Below are positions 1 through 9,638 of a DNA stretch of 64,000 nt, one piece after another. The position numbers were made by a program, and so were the translations under genes. The notes beneath the pieces were generated by a model, which was given only the letters and a program-made list of their open reading frames with translations, was not told the origin of the DNA and did no database searches. The stretch comes from an uncultured Candidatus Saccharibacteria bacterium. Lineage in GTDB: Bacteria; Patescibacteriota; Minisyncoccia; Phycocordibacterales; DATGWK01. Every line of letters starts with the position of its first letter. Positions within the stretch are counted from its first letter, which is position 1. The DNA is taken from contig CAYRZH010000001.1 in the NCBI GenBank assembly GCA_964428845.1, positions 138,990 to 202,989 on the forward strand. Direction: 5' to 3'.

Positions 1-738
1 TCAGAGGATCAATCCTTCACAATTCCTGGTACTGATATTGTTAAGGGTCTAAAGTCTGTTTGGTATAGCTCCTCTGTTTCAAGTGTAAAACCAGAACTTT
101 CGAGTGTTTTTATCCATTCTGACAATGATTCTTTGATATTTGCCGCCACAGACTCTTTCCGTCTGGCTGAGAGAAAGATTTCTCTTAAAAAGGCAAAAAC
201 AGTCGATCGAATCCTTCTTCCATTTAAAAATATTCCCGAAATAATCAAAACTCTTGATGATATGGGGGATGAGACCACCGTCTGTTTTACAAAAAACCAA
301 ATTTCCTTTTCACGAGAAGGGGTCTATTTGACCTCCAGGATCGTCGACGGGGTTTTCCCAGACTATAAGCAGATTATACCGAGCGGCAATACGACGGAAG
401 CTGTTGTGTTGAAACAAGACCTAATACAAGCTCTAAAAGTTGCAAACATTTTTTCAGATAAATTCAACCAAATCAATATTCAAGTGTCTCCAAAATCAAA
501 AACGTTTATTTTAAAGACAAGCAACGGTGATGTTGGAGAAAGTATAAATTCTCTGGACGCCACCTTGTCGGGAGAAGATGTTGTTGTGAACTTCAATTAC
601 AAATATTTAAGCGACTGTTTCCAGTCCATAGACACGGACAGCGTCTCGCTGTCTTTCAATGGGCTGAATAAACCCCTAGTAATCCGTGGTGTAGGCGACA
701 AATCATTCTTGTATTTGGTGATGCCAATGAATAAGTAA
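1..738 (+). CDS. dnaN: DNA polymerase III beta clamp, 5'-truncated by window edge
   Basis: Frame open from base 1; motifs ATDSFRLAE, SRIVDGVFPDYKQIIP, FNYKYL, C-terminal YLVMPM. Confidence 0.97.
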   Translation, partial: SEDQSFTIPGTDIVKGLKSVWYSSSVSSVKPELSSVFIHSDNDSLIFAATDSFRLAERKISLKKAKTVDRILLPFKNIPEIIKTLDDMGDETTVCFTKNQISFSREGVYLTSRIVDGVFPDYKQIIPSGNTTEAVVLKQDLIQALKVANIFSDKFNQINIQVSPKSKTFILKTSNGDVGESINSLDATLSGEDVVVNFNYKYLSDCFQSIDTDSVSLSFNGLNKPLVIRGVGDKSFLYLVMPMNK

Positions 739-739
739 A

Positions 740-997
740 GTGAACAATCTCGAAGGATTTCTAAAAAAGTTTAGGTTAATAGTTGGAGCCAGAGAATCCG
801 AGAGGAGTGCTGTTTCCGATGTTCTTACTTCTGTCTTAGGAGTAAAGTTATCGGAAGACTCTATTGTCATAAAAAATAAAACTATCTCGATAAATTGCTC
901 GCCCATAATAAAGAGCCAAATCTTTTTAAATAAGAGCAAAATCCTTGCAGAGCTCAACAAAAATCCAGGATTAAAAAATGTTGCAGATATCCGCTAG
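740..997 (+). CDS. Small basic protein, possible DciA/DUF721-like
   Basis: Starts 1 nt after dnaN stop; pattern IKNKTISINCSPIIKSQIFLNKSKILAEL resembles the DciA KH-like domain (inference). Confidence 0.55.
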   Translation: MNNLEGFLKKFRLIVGARESERSAVSDVLTSVLGVKLSEDSIVIKNKTISINCSPIIKSQIFLNKSKILAELNKNPGLKNVADIR

Positions 998-1006
998 CGG
1001 GGGAGG

Positions 1007-3568
1007 CTATGGAGTAAGGGATACATTGAAATCAACACTGGCCTCACCTTTGTTGTAGACAGAGTCATAAACAACGACACGGAGATTGTTGGTGTCGGCG
1101 AGCTTTTCCATATCGGCCGGGATAAAAGAGAACGCAAATGGTGCTGCGGTGGCATTGCCTATGTAGTCTCCATTTACGAAATATTCAACTTTTAACGTAG
1201 GGAAAGAAGAACTAATGGCTGTTGTTACAAAAATTTTCCCATTTCTAGGATAAAGAGTCCCCGCTGTAGGGCTCATAACCGTCACCTTTGGGAAAAACTC
1301 GGGTCGGTGAATATTGTCTAGTTCTGTCGGCACGGAGCCTTCTGTGGGCTCGATGATGCCGTTTGTCGTTACCCATTTACGTACCGCATACTCCCAATGA
1401 TTGAACTGGGGGTCTTCTGCGGGGTTTGTCGGCGGCTCGCCCCTAGGATTTTCTTTTTTCAGCCAGTAGAGAATGCTGTGGATTCCACCCGTTAGTCTCT
1501 CGTCGAGAGTCTCCTTAGGGGTAAATTCCGTAGCCCTCTTTTGAGAAAGTTTGTCTATCAAGATCGAAGTTCCTCCCTGCCATTTGCCGCGCAAAACAGG
1601 TTTCATCTCCAGACTGTCTTCGACAACCGGCGGTTCAAATTTCTCATCAGGTAAGTCCTTGAGGATTTTGTTCATGATTGTGTTCCAATACGGAACAATA
1701 ATCTGGCGAGCAATCTTCTTTTCCATAGGGTGGTTGTCATTATTTCCAGCCCAAGCCCCCACAACTACATTGGGTGTATATCCTACTACCCAAGCGTCAC
1801 GATAATCATTTGTAGTTCCTGTTTTGGCGGCGACATCTCGACCGGCAAAATATAGTGGAGAATGGACACCAAAAGCTGGTGCCCGGGCGGCATCATCGGA
1901 AAGCACGCTTGAAATCATAGAAGCCGTTTCTGCTGACAGGACTTGGGTCGGTCTCGGTTGGAATGATTCGAGGATGTTGCCATTTTTATCTTTAACCTCA
2001 AGAATTGCCGCATAAGGATTGCGCACACCATCGTTTGCAAAGACTCCGTAGGCACTCACCAGATCAAGAAGGGAAACTTCTCCACCACCGAGAACAAGAG
2101 TCAGGCCATACTGGCCGATGTTGGTGAGACTCTGGATACCCATATCCTTGGCGAGTCGTAGGGTGTCGGTCATCCCAGCAAGATAAAAAGTTTTTATGGA
2201 GGGGATGTTGATCGACTGGGCAAGAGCATCACGCATTGTTACAGGTCCTCGGAATTTCTCATCATAGTTCTTGGGGTTATAGCAGTTGGCGCCGGGGCGA
2301 AGGGGGATACTGTCCGGGCTGCATTCGGTCGAAAACTCTGTTTCTAGGTCGAAAACAACCGTTCCTGGTGTATATCCCTTATTGAAGGCTTCGGCGTAAG
2401 CGAAGGGTTTAAAAGAGGATCCTGGTTGGCGGTGGGCGGTGGCTACGTTGAAATTGCCATCTATTTCTTTGTCGAAGTATCCGCGCGAGCCTACCATAGC
2501 GAGAATTTGCCCAGTTTTTGGTTCGATGACAACGGTTGCGATATTCTCGGCATCAAAATTTTTCTTATTCTGAAGAGCGTAGGGCCCGGCAACTTCTTCG
2601 ATAATGTCTTGCATGTCATAGTCAATGGTGGTGATGACCTTGAGTCCACCTTCCTCGAGAACCCGTCCCCCATATTTTTTCTCAAGCATTTCTTTGACGA
2701 ACATTACAAAGTGGGGAGCTTTGATCCCAGTATCGTCTTTCGGGTGGAAGGTAACCTTTTCTTTCAGTGCCTCTTCGTACTCACCTTCGGTGATGAATTT
2801 ATTTTTTAACATCTCTCTCAAAACTAGATTCTTTCTTTCCTCCAGTCGATCTCGATTCCCACCATATGGAGAATAAAAACTTGGGGCTTTCGGCAGGGCG
2901 GCTAAGTAAGCAGCCTCTGCGAGCGTAACTTCAGAGGCATGTTTGCCGAAAAATGTATTGCTTGCCTCTTCTACTCCGTAAATATTACCTCCGTAAGGTA
3001 TCTCATTTAGATACATGCTAAAGATCTGCTCTTTAGGAACCATTCGTTCGAGCTTCAGAGCAAGAACCCACTCCTTGAGTTTTCTTGAAATTCTTTTTTC
3101 TCCGGAAAGTAGGGAATTTTTGACTACCTGTTGGGTAATGGTCGAACCCCCCTGGCTCAAACTGAAACCGCTAAGGTTTACGAGTGTAGCCCGCACGATA
3201 GAGAGAGGCTTTATGCCGTGGTGGGTGTAAAAATCATTATCTTCTATGGCCAAAGTGGCGTTTTTAATCTTTGGGGAGATTTCTTCAAAAGGGATAACTG
3301 TGCGCTTTATGTTTTGAAAAACATCGTACAGGAGAATTTCCCCTGTTCGATCATATATCTTCGTGGATTGTGTCACCTTGCGCTCCTGGAACGAGTCTAG
3401 GGTTGGGACCCTCCAGCTAGAAACCCAAAGGAGAAAGATCCCCGAAAGAAAAATAAGGGCGGTGGCGGAGATTATCACCACGCGCTTGATGAGTTTCTTA
3501 TTTCTCAAGACCTTCTTCGATCTCGCTAAAAGATTTTTTAGGTTCACTTTCATCACAAAATCAATCAT
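1007..3568 (-). CDS. Class A penicillin-binding protein (transglycosylase + transpeptidase, C-terminal Ig-like domain)
   Basis: EDNDFYTHHG and GGSTITQQVVKN glycosyltransferase motifs; SSFK, SIN and KTG transpeptidase motifs; N-terminal TM helix. Confidence 0.96.
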   Translation of the reverse strand: MIDFVMKVNLKNLLARSKKVLRNKKLIKRVVIISATALIFLSGIFLLWVSSWRVPTLDSFQERKVTQSTKIYDRTGEILLYDVFQNIKRTVIPFEEISPKIKNATLAIEDNDFYTHHGIKPLSIVRATLVNLSGFSLSQGGSTITQQVVKNSLLSGEKRISRKLKEWVLALKLERMVPKEQIFSMYLNEIPYGGNIYGVEEASNTFFGKHASEVTLAEAAYLAALPKAPSFYSPYGGNRDRLEERKNLVLREMLKNKFITEGEYEEALKEKVTFHPKDDTGIKAPHFVMFVKEMLEKKYGGRVLEEGGLKVITTIDYDMQDIIEEVAGPYALQNKKNFDAENIATVVIEPKTGQILAMVGSRGYFDKEIDGNFNVATAHRQPGSSFKPFAYAEAFNKGYTPGTVVFDLETEFSTECSPDSIPLRPGANCYNPKNYDEKFRGPVTMRDALAQSINIPSIKTFYLAGMTDTLRLAKDMGIQSLTNIGQYGLTLVLGGGEVSLLDLVSAYGVFANDGVRNPYAAILEVKDKNGNILESFQPRPTQVLSAETASMISSVLSDDAARAPAFGVHSPLYFAGRDVAAKTGTTNDYRDAWVVGYTPNVVVGAWAGNNDNHPMEKKIARQIIVPYWNTIMNKILKDLPDEKFEPPVVEDSLEMKPVLRGKWQGGTSILIDKLSQKRATEFTPKETLDERLTGGIHSILYWLKKENPRGEPPTNPAEDPQFNHWEYAVRKWVTTNGIIEPTEGSVPTELDNIHRPEFFPKVTVMSPTAGTLYPRNGKIFVTTAISSSFPTLKVEYFVNGDYIGNATAAPFAFSFIPADMEKLADTNNLRVVVYDSVYNKGEASVDFNVSLTP

Positions 3569-3633
3569 ACCACAAGGACGTAGAGAGAAGGGTTTTCATA
3601 CCAAAACTCTCTTTTTCGTGATAAATTAGTGGG

Positions 3634-4860
3634 GTGATAAGACTATTCCCCCACAAAAATCCAACTATCAATACTGACCGACAAAAGATCCAAGAATTAC
3701 TCTCTCGCAACGTTGAGGAGATTTTTGTAAGAGAAAGTCTCGAGAAAAAACTTCTTTCCGGTAAGCGCTTACGAGTGAAACTTGGATTTGATCCGACTGG
3801 AGCCAATATTCACCTGGGTCGGGCCGTGATCTTGAGAAAACTGAAAGATTTCCAAGACCTGGGGCACGAAGCTATTTTTGTCATCGGCGATTTTACCGCC
3901 CAGATCGGAGACCCGTCCGACAAGCTTGAAAAGCGACCCATGCTTACAAAAGAAGAAATTGCTAAAAATCTTCTAAATTACAAAAAACAAGTTGGCAAAA
4001 TAATTGATCTTAAAAAAGCAACCTTTCACTACAATAGTTCGTGGTTATCGAAACTCAAGCTCGACGAAATTACCAAATTAGCGGAAAGTTTTTCCATCCA
4101 ACAGATGTCGAACCGCAGAAACTTTAAAGAAAGACTTGAGAAAGGGGTAGAAATCTCACTAAGAGAATTTTTGTACCCTCTTATGCAGGGCTATGATTCG
4201 GTAGCCCTCGGAGTCGACGTGGAAATCGGAGGTTTCGACCAACTTTTCAATCTCAAGGCCGGCCGCGTTATACAGAGACATTATGGTATGGCAGAGCAAG
4301 ATGTTCTTACTACAAGTATGCTTATCGGTACCGATGGCAGAAAGATGTCTACGAGCTGGGGCAATGTCATAAATATTCTAGATGAACCAAGCGAAATGTT
4401 TGGGAAGATAATGTCTCTAAGAGATGACTTGATCCAGACGTATTTCCTCTTATGCACAGACATGCCGTCGGAGGAAGCCAAACAAATCGGTGCTCGGATC
4501 GAGGCTGGAGAAAACCCTCGCGATCTGAAGCTTGATCTGGCGGGGCGCGTAGTTTCCATCTACTGGGGGGAGACAGCCAGCGCTAAAGCTAAAAGAATAT
4601 TTGTTGACACCTTTTCTCTAAAAAAAACTCCAGATGAGGTGGAAACAATCTCACTTGCTCCAAATGCCGTGATTGTAGATGCACTGCTTGAGCGAGGATT
4701 TGTGAAATCAAAAACAGAATGGAGGAGGCTAGTTCTCGAAGGTGCGGTTGTGGATGCAAATACAGGGATCAAAATGAATGACCCTCAAGCCTTGGCGACA
4801 TCCAAAGTTACTTATAAAATCGGTAAAAGACGTTTTGTAAGGATATCGATACTCTCCTGA
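3634..4860 (+). CDS. tyrS: Tyrosyl-tRNA synthetase
   Basis: GFDPTG..IHLGR, YPLMQGYDS, GGFDQLFN, KMSTS; C-terminal S4-like domain ending IGKRRF. Confidence 0.97.
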   Translation: MIRLFPHKNPTINTDRQKIQELLSRNVEEIFVRESLEKKLLSGKRLRVKLGFDPTGANIHLGRAVILRKLKDFQDLGHEAIFVIGDFTAQIGDPSDKLEKRPMLTKEEIAKNLLNYKKQVGKIIDLKKATFHYNSSWLSKLKLDEITKLAESFSIQQMSNRRNFKERLEKGVEISLREFLYPLMQGYDSVALGVDVEIGGFDQLFNLKAGRVIQRHYGMAEQDVLTTSMLIGTDGRKMSTSWGNVINILDEPSEMFGKIMSLRDDLIQTYFLLCTDMPSEEAKQIGARIEAGENPRDLKLDLAGRVVSIYWGETASAKAKRIFVDTFSLKKTPDEVETISLAPNAVIVDALLERGFVKSKTEWRRLVLEGAVVDANTGIKMNDPQALATSKVTYKIGKRRFVRISILS

Positions 4861-4885
4861 AATATTAGAGGAAATTGTTGCAAAA

Positions 4886-4915
4886 AAACAAAACCCCCAC
4901 TCGGGGGTTTTGTTT
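4886..4915. terminator. Bidirectional intrinsic terminator
   Basis: aaacaaaaccccc-actc-gggggttttgttt between convergent ORFs. Confidence 0.85.
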
Positions 4916-4929
4916 ATACACTCTGTATT

Positions 4930-5073
4930 TTACATTTCTTCTTCCTCGGGTACTTCCTCCTCGCCGTCAGCTCCTTCGATATGCATACCGCTACTCTTTA
5001 ACTCCTCTTCCTCGGTCTCTTCTGGTTCTACGTCTCCGTCTGCCTCATCTAGGAAATTAAATTCATCTCCCAT
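4930..5073 (-). CDS. 47-aa very acidic microprotein (absent from ORF track)
   Basis: MGDEFNFLDEADGDVEPEETEEEELKSSGMHIEGADGEEEVPEEEEM; ends at the terminator; AT-rich leader. Confidence 0.7.
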   Translation of the reverse strand: MGDEFNFLDEADGDVEPEETEEEELKSSGMHIEGADGEEEVPEEEEM

Positions 5074-5181
5074 AATTTTTTTTAAATTATCTTTATAATG
5101 TCACTAATAAATTTTAATATTTTCTCGCAAGCACCTACTTTGTATCAAATTTGAAATTGTTTGGCAAACAAAAAAGGGGAG

Positions 5182-5682
5182 TTATGTGGATAATGGAGTT
5201 CGGATGGCATTTGATTTGTAAGATGCGGCATGAGTTAGCCCTATAGCGATGGCGTCGAACTCATCATCGTGCTCTATTTTTTTCCGAACTTGCACCAGTT
5301 TGGGAACCATCATGATAATTTGGTCTTTTGTAGCGCGACCATAACCACAGACAGCCATCTTGACCTCGAGTGGGGAGTATTGGAAAGCCTTTATCTTGTT
5401 GCGGGTGGCTTCATAGACTACTACTCCAAGAGCTTGTGACACCAAAAGTGCGGTTTTTATGTTCTTGTTAAAAAAAACGTCTTCTGTTGCTAGGGTGTCA
5501 GGTTTCCACTCGGCGACCACTCTGGCAATTTCTTCCCCGATGAGGGAGAGGCGGCGATAGTGAGGGAGCTTTGAAGATGTCATGAAGCAGTCGGAGTAAA
5601 GTAGAGAGTTTTTTCCCTGCTCCGTATGGAGTACGGCAATTCCGAGTCTTTCGTAACCGGGGTCTATGGATAAGATTTTCAT
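5182..5682 (-). CDS. ruvC: Holliday junction resolvase RuvC
   Basis: ILSIDPG, ATEDVFF, GYGRATKDQ, DDEFDAIAIGL. Confidence 0.97.
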   Translation of the reverse strand: MKILSIDPGYERLGIAVLHTEQGKNSLLYSDCFMTSSKLPHYRRLSLIGEEIARVVAEWKPDTLATEDVFFNKNIKTALLVSQALGVVVYEATRNKIKAFQYSPLEVKMAVCGYGRATKDQIIMMVPKLVQVRKKIEHDDEFDAIAIGLTHAASYKSNAIRTPLST

Positions 5683-5702
5683 AGGGTGGTTTTAAGCAAT
5701 TG

Positions 5703-5888
5703 CAGTCGGCAGAATCTTGTCCTCCGAGACCGCTCCGCGCCTCCAGCGAGGTGCTCGCTTGATCCTCGGAAGATTTCTGTAAAGTTGGCCAGACAACTAC
5801 GCAAGAAAACCAACTCAACTAACTGGCCAACTTGACAGACCATGCAAATCTTCCTGCGGGGTCTCTGCGGACAAGATTCTGCCGGCTG
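5703..5888. repeat. ~186-bp imperfect palindrome (REP/MITE-like or structured RNA)
   Basis: Nested arms cagtcggcagaatcttgtcc/ggacaagattctgccggctg, gagacc/ggtctc, ggaagattt/aaatcttcc, aagttggccag/ctggccaactt. Confidence 0.85.
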
Positions 5889-5910
5889 GTCACTCTTATC
5901 TTCATACCAG

Positions 5911-6438
5911 CTACTCTGCATTTGTGTAGACGTCTTGTACATCGTCGTTTCCTTCGAGTTCGGAGACGAGTGTTTCCAATAACTTCAAGTCGTCGTCGGA
6001 AAGGGGGATAGTTGTTTTCGGAACCCAACCTTCGGCCGTTTTCTCAAATGCCCAGGTTGCGGCACCCATACCTGCCAAGGCAAAACCGTTTCGCGAAAGG
6101 ATATGTTTTATCTCTTGAGCAGCTTTATTTCTGTTGTCGGTTAGGGTCTCTATCACTATCGCAGTTCCACCTGGCCCATATGCCTCGTAGAGCATGCTTT
6201 CCATTGCCGCTCCTTGCTCGGTCGCTTTTCTGATAGCTCTGTCGATGTTGTCATTCGGCATGTTTGCCGCCTTGGCACGATCAATAACAGCCTTTAGTCC
6301 TGGAGATGTCCGGTTGCCGCCAGACTTTTTTGCCTCGACCGTGATCAGGCGCGCAAACTTAGTAAAAATTTTACTTTTTTCGGCATCAGTCTTACCCTTT
6401 TGTCGCTTTATTTGGGCCCATTTGTTATGTCCTGCCAT
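5911..6438 (-). CDS. yebC: YebC/PmpR family protein (short form)
   Basis: MAGHNKWAQIKRQKG, YEAYGPGG, TDNRNK, C-terminal DDVQDVYTN. Confidence 0.95.
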   Translation of the reverse strand: MAGHNKWAQIKRQKGKTDAEKSKIFTKFARLITVEAKKSGGNRTSPGLKAVIDRAKAANMPNDNIDRAIRKATEQGAAMESMLYEAYGPGGTAIVIETLTDNRNKAAQEIKHILSRNGFALAGMGAATWAFEKTAEGWVPKTTIPLSDDDLKLLETLVSELEGNDDVQDVYTNAE

Positions 6439-6440
6439 AT

Positions 6441-7463
6441 TTATATAAGTTTATTTTGTGATCCAGAAGACTTTTCTAGATTCAAATGTCTGTGAGCCGA
6501 ATCGGTGACAGTTCTACCGCGCGGTGTGCGCTCAAGAAAACCTATCTGCAAAAGATATGGCTCATTGAACTCCTCAATGGTAGCCTCTTCTTCTGAAAGT
6601 GCGGCGGCGAGAGTGTTGAGACCAACTGGCCCCCCTTTAAATTTTTTTACAATTGTCATAAGAAGTGAACGATCAGAAGGGGAGAGACCGATGTCGTCAA
6701 CACCGAGAAGAGTTAACGCTTCTATCACGATATCTTCAGTGAGATCTGTTTTTTGTATTTGGGCGAAGTCTCTGCAACGTTTGAGAAAATAATTTGCAGT
6801 TCTCGGGGTAAAGCGACTACGTTTTGCTATTTCGTTTACCGCCTTCTCCTCTATAGATATCTTAAGTATATTCGCGGAACGGCGAATAATCTCCTCGATC
6901 TCACTGTTGCTGTAGAATTCCAACTTGAAGATACCACCGGAAAAGCGGCTTCTAAGAGGGGCAGAGATAAGTGCGATACGCGTAGTGGCGGCTATGAGAG
7001 TAAAAGCCGGAAGCTCTAGCTGGATAGTACGAGCCGACGGCCCCTTGCCGATTATGATATCAAGTGAGCCAGACTCCATCGCCGGATACAAAACTTCCTC
7101 AATGGTTTTATTTAAACGATGGATTTCGTCTATAAAAAGTAAATCGCCGGGAGTGAGATTGGTAAGGATGGAAGCGAGGTCACCAACTTTTTCTATGGCT
7201 GGTCCAGAAGTAATTTTTATCTGTGAACCAGTCTCTTTGGCTATGAGATGGGCAAGAGTTGTCTTCCCCAAGCCGGGTGGTCCGTAGAAAAGGACGTGCT
7301 CGGGTGGGTGGTTTCGCTCTTTGGCTGCCCCGAGAAGAATTTTTAGGTTATCTTTTATGTTTTTTTGGCCAATGTAATCGTTCCACCGACTCGGTCTAAG
7401 AGTTTGGTCCAGAAAACCAGTGTCTTTTTCGGTAGGCGAGGGGTCCTTTTTATCGCTTGACAT
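6441..7463 (-). CDS. ruvB: Holliday junction branch migration ATPase RuvB
   Basis: LRP..YIGQ, GPPGLGKTTLA, FIDEIHRL, EPYLLQIGFLERTPRGR. Confidence 0.98.
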   Translation of the reverse strand: MSSDKKDPSPTEKDTGFLDQTLRPSRWNDYIGQKNIKDNLKILLGAAKERNHPPEHVLFYGPPGLGKTTLAHLIAKETGSQIKITSGPAIEKVGDLASILTNLTPGDLLFIDEIHRLNKTIEEVLYPAMESGSLDIIIGKGPSARTIQLELPAFTLIAATTRIALISAPLRSRFSGGIFKLEFYSNSEIEEIIRRSANILKISIEEKAVNEIAKRSRFTPRTANYFLKRCRDFAQIQKTDLTEDIVIEALTLLGVDDIGLSPSDRSLLMTIVKKFKGGPVGLNTLAAALSEEEATIEEFNEPYLLQIGFLERTPRGRTVTDSAHRHLNLEKSSGSQNKLI

Positions 7464-7509
7464 AGAATTCTTTTTGTGCTAAATTGCTTCGGCTTAGTCA
7501 GTTCGTCGT

Positions 7510-7675
7510 AATCCAAGATATAAATCTCTAAACAACGAGGCCCCCGGGCTTTAGTAGCGACTTCTTCAAGGACTCCCTGGTTACGTCTTGTACGTTTGCT
7601 GGGGGTATCCTTCGATTAGCGCTCAACTTTTAGTCTTGTATTAAAAGTGTTGTTTAGAGATTTATGTTTTGGATT
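7510..7675 (-). ncRNA. Candidate 6S-like RNA
   Basis: ~27-bp closing stem (aatccaagatataaatctctaaacaac/gttgtttagagatttatgttttggatt), central bubble, apical stem; ~166 nt; minus-strand promoter just upstream. Confidence 0.55.
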
Positions 7676-7695
7676 TCTTAGAGGAAATCCTCCTA

Positions 7696-7723
7696 ACTAT
7701 ACACCCCAGATTGCACCAGACAA
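7696..7723 (-). promoter_or_regulatory. Sigma70-like promoter TTGTCT-N16-TATAGT
   Basis: Directly upstream of the 6S-like hairpin on the minus strand. Confidence 0.5.
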
Positions 7724-7786
7724 TATTGTAAATTCGGGAAATTGTTTTTTAATGGGGAAGATTGATATAAAGAACGACGATTCTTG

Positions 7787-9460
7787 TCAAGAGATATCAA
7801 TAACTCTACCCAGCTCGTCGAGAGAGGTGGTGCCGGCTAAAACCTTCAGGATTCCATCCTGTGTCATGGATAGAATGTTTTGCGATTTGGCTGCTTCCTT
7901 CACTTCACGTTCGCTGGGGTTCATCTCGATCACTTTTTCTATATTCTCGTCACTTTTTATCGCCTCGAATATACCAATTCTTCCGATGTAACCAGTTTTT
8001 CTACATTTATCACACCCATGAGCTTCCCATATTGATTCAGTCTGGACCCCATCGAGGTAAGTCTTATCCGTAAATGTGGCAAGAACACGATTAACGACAC
8101 CTTTTTCTTGGTCAGAAGGAGACTTTTTGGTCCTACAGTCGGGACAAAGCTTGCGCACAAGTCTCTGGGCCATGGCGATACTTATGGCTGAAGTAATGAC
8201 TTTATAATTTACACCCAGATCTATAAGGCGGGGGAATGTGCCGGCGGCGTTGTTGGTGTGGAGGGTCGAGAAAACAAGATGACCGGTCAAGGCGGCATTG
8301 ATCGCAATCTCCGCGGTTTCTGAATCGCGGATCTCACCGACCATTATGACGTCAGGATCTTGTCGCAAGGCAGAACGAAGCCCCTCGAGGAAGGTGTAAC
8401 CTTTTTCATCGTCAGTTTGGGTCTGCACAATCCCAGGTAAGTGGTATTCAATTGGGTTCTCAATGGTGATTATTTTTATTCCAGGAGAGTGGATTTTTTT
8501 TAGAAAAGCGTAGAGCGTAGTCGTCTTACCAGAACCAGTTGGCCCTGTGTTCAGGATCATTCCATTTGGCTTCCTAATTTCTTTTTCCAACAGAGATAGT
8601 AGGCGTGGATGGATGCCAAGTTCTTCGAATGGGACAGAAATGGCATTTGGATTCAAGATACGCAGTACGATAGTGTCGTTGTATGCGCCAGGCAAAAGGG
8701 AAGTCCTGATTTCAATTTCTGTGTCTCGAACTTTTATACTAAAACGACCGTCTTGGGCCTTGCCTTTGATGTTTAACTTGAGATTGGATATAAGTTTGAT
8801 GCGAGAAAGGACCAGGCTGTACGTGTCGTTATCAAACTTCAAGACATCCGTAAGAAGACCGTCGAGTCTGTATCGCAAAAGAACATAATCTTCTTCTGGC
8901 TCAAGGTGGATGTCCGATGCTCCAACTGAAAGTGCTCCTGCGAGCATAATCTCGAGAAGCTTTGAAATGCGATAGATTTTCTTTTCGGACAAAGCTTCCC
9001 TTATGAGCTTTTCTATGTCCGCCATGCTTCTGACTTGTTTCAAAAATTCTACAACCTCTTCGCTCGATATGGTAAGCGAACCGCCTTTTGTCTCAAAAGA
9101 ATAAGAGAGGTCTTTATAACGCTCCCAGACTTTATTCAAACTTTCTTCAGAAACCATAAAAAGGGATGGTTCGTAACCTCGGTGTCTTAGATCATCTATC
9201 GCGTCTACTACATCTTGGCTCTTCGGCGAGAGGACCCCGATCTGGACTTTTTTGTCTATTATATTGAAAGGGGCAATCTTTATGGCTCGGGCGTTTTCCT
9301 CTTTCATAATCCGAAGAGCGTCTATATTGATCGGGAAAATAGAAAGGTCTAAGTATGGCAGATTGTGTCTCGCCGCCATGACCCTCGTCAAGTTTTCAGC
9401 CTCTTCTTTTTTGAGCTCGGCGACTCGTCTATTCTGTTTTTCCTCGTCAAATTGGACCAT
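7787..9460 (-). CDS. pilB: Type IV pilus assembly ATPase (GspE/PilB family)
   Basis: ASDIHLEP, GPTGSGKTTTLY, LRQDPDVIMVGEIRD, TGHLVFSTLHTN, CxxC..CxxC zinc motif. Confidence 0.93.
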   Translation of the reverse strand: MVQFDEEKQNRRVAELKKEEAENLTRVMAARHNLPYLDLSIFPINIDALRIMKEENARAIKIAPFNIIDKKVQIGVLSPKSQDVVDAIDDLRHRGYEPSLFMVSEESLNKVWERYKDLSYSFETKGGSLTISSEEVVEFLKQVRSMADIEKLIREALSEKKIYRISKLLEIMLAGALSVGASDIHLEPEEDYVLLRYRLDGLLTDVLKFDNDTYSLVLSRIKLISNLKLNIKGKAQDGRFSIKVRDTEIEIRTSLLPGAYNDTIVLRILNPNAISVPFEELGIHPRLLSLLEKEIRKPNGMILNTGPTGSGKTTTLYAFLKKIHSPGIKIITIENPIEYHLPGIVQTQTDDEKGYTFLEGLRSALRQDPDVIMVGEIRDSETAEIAINAALTGHLVFSTLHTNNAAGTFPRLIDLGVNYKVITSAISIAMAQRLVRKLCPDCRTKKSPSDQEKGVVNRVLATFTDKTYLDGVQTESIWEAHGCDKCRKTGYIGRIGIFEAIKSDENIEKVIEMNPSEREVKEAAKSQNILSMTQDGILKVLAGTTSLDELGRVIDIS

Positions 9461-9638
9461 TTTGCTTTGTATATTATATGGCCTGAATGGTTAAAAAGCA
9501 TCACATAGATAGCATTGACAAAAAGTTTTCTTTATGCTAGTTTTGCAACGGAGTTTTGTAAATTGACAAAAAATACACGCTTGAAAGCGTGTGGGGAAAA
9601 AACTTTGGACCTTTGGTCCAAGAAAGGAAGTGAAAAAG

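Noticed and set aside
4910-5098. Ser-rich plus-strand ORF
   Set aside because: Antisense shadow of the acidic microprotein
5185-5193. DnaA box as part of oriC
   Set aside because: Isolated box at the end of ruvC; no cluster or unwinding element
7510-7675. tmRNA or RNase P RNA
   Set aside because: Too short, and no tRNA-like ends, tag ORF or RNase P consensus seen
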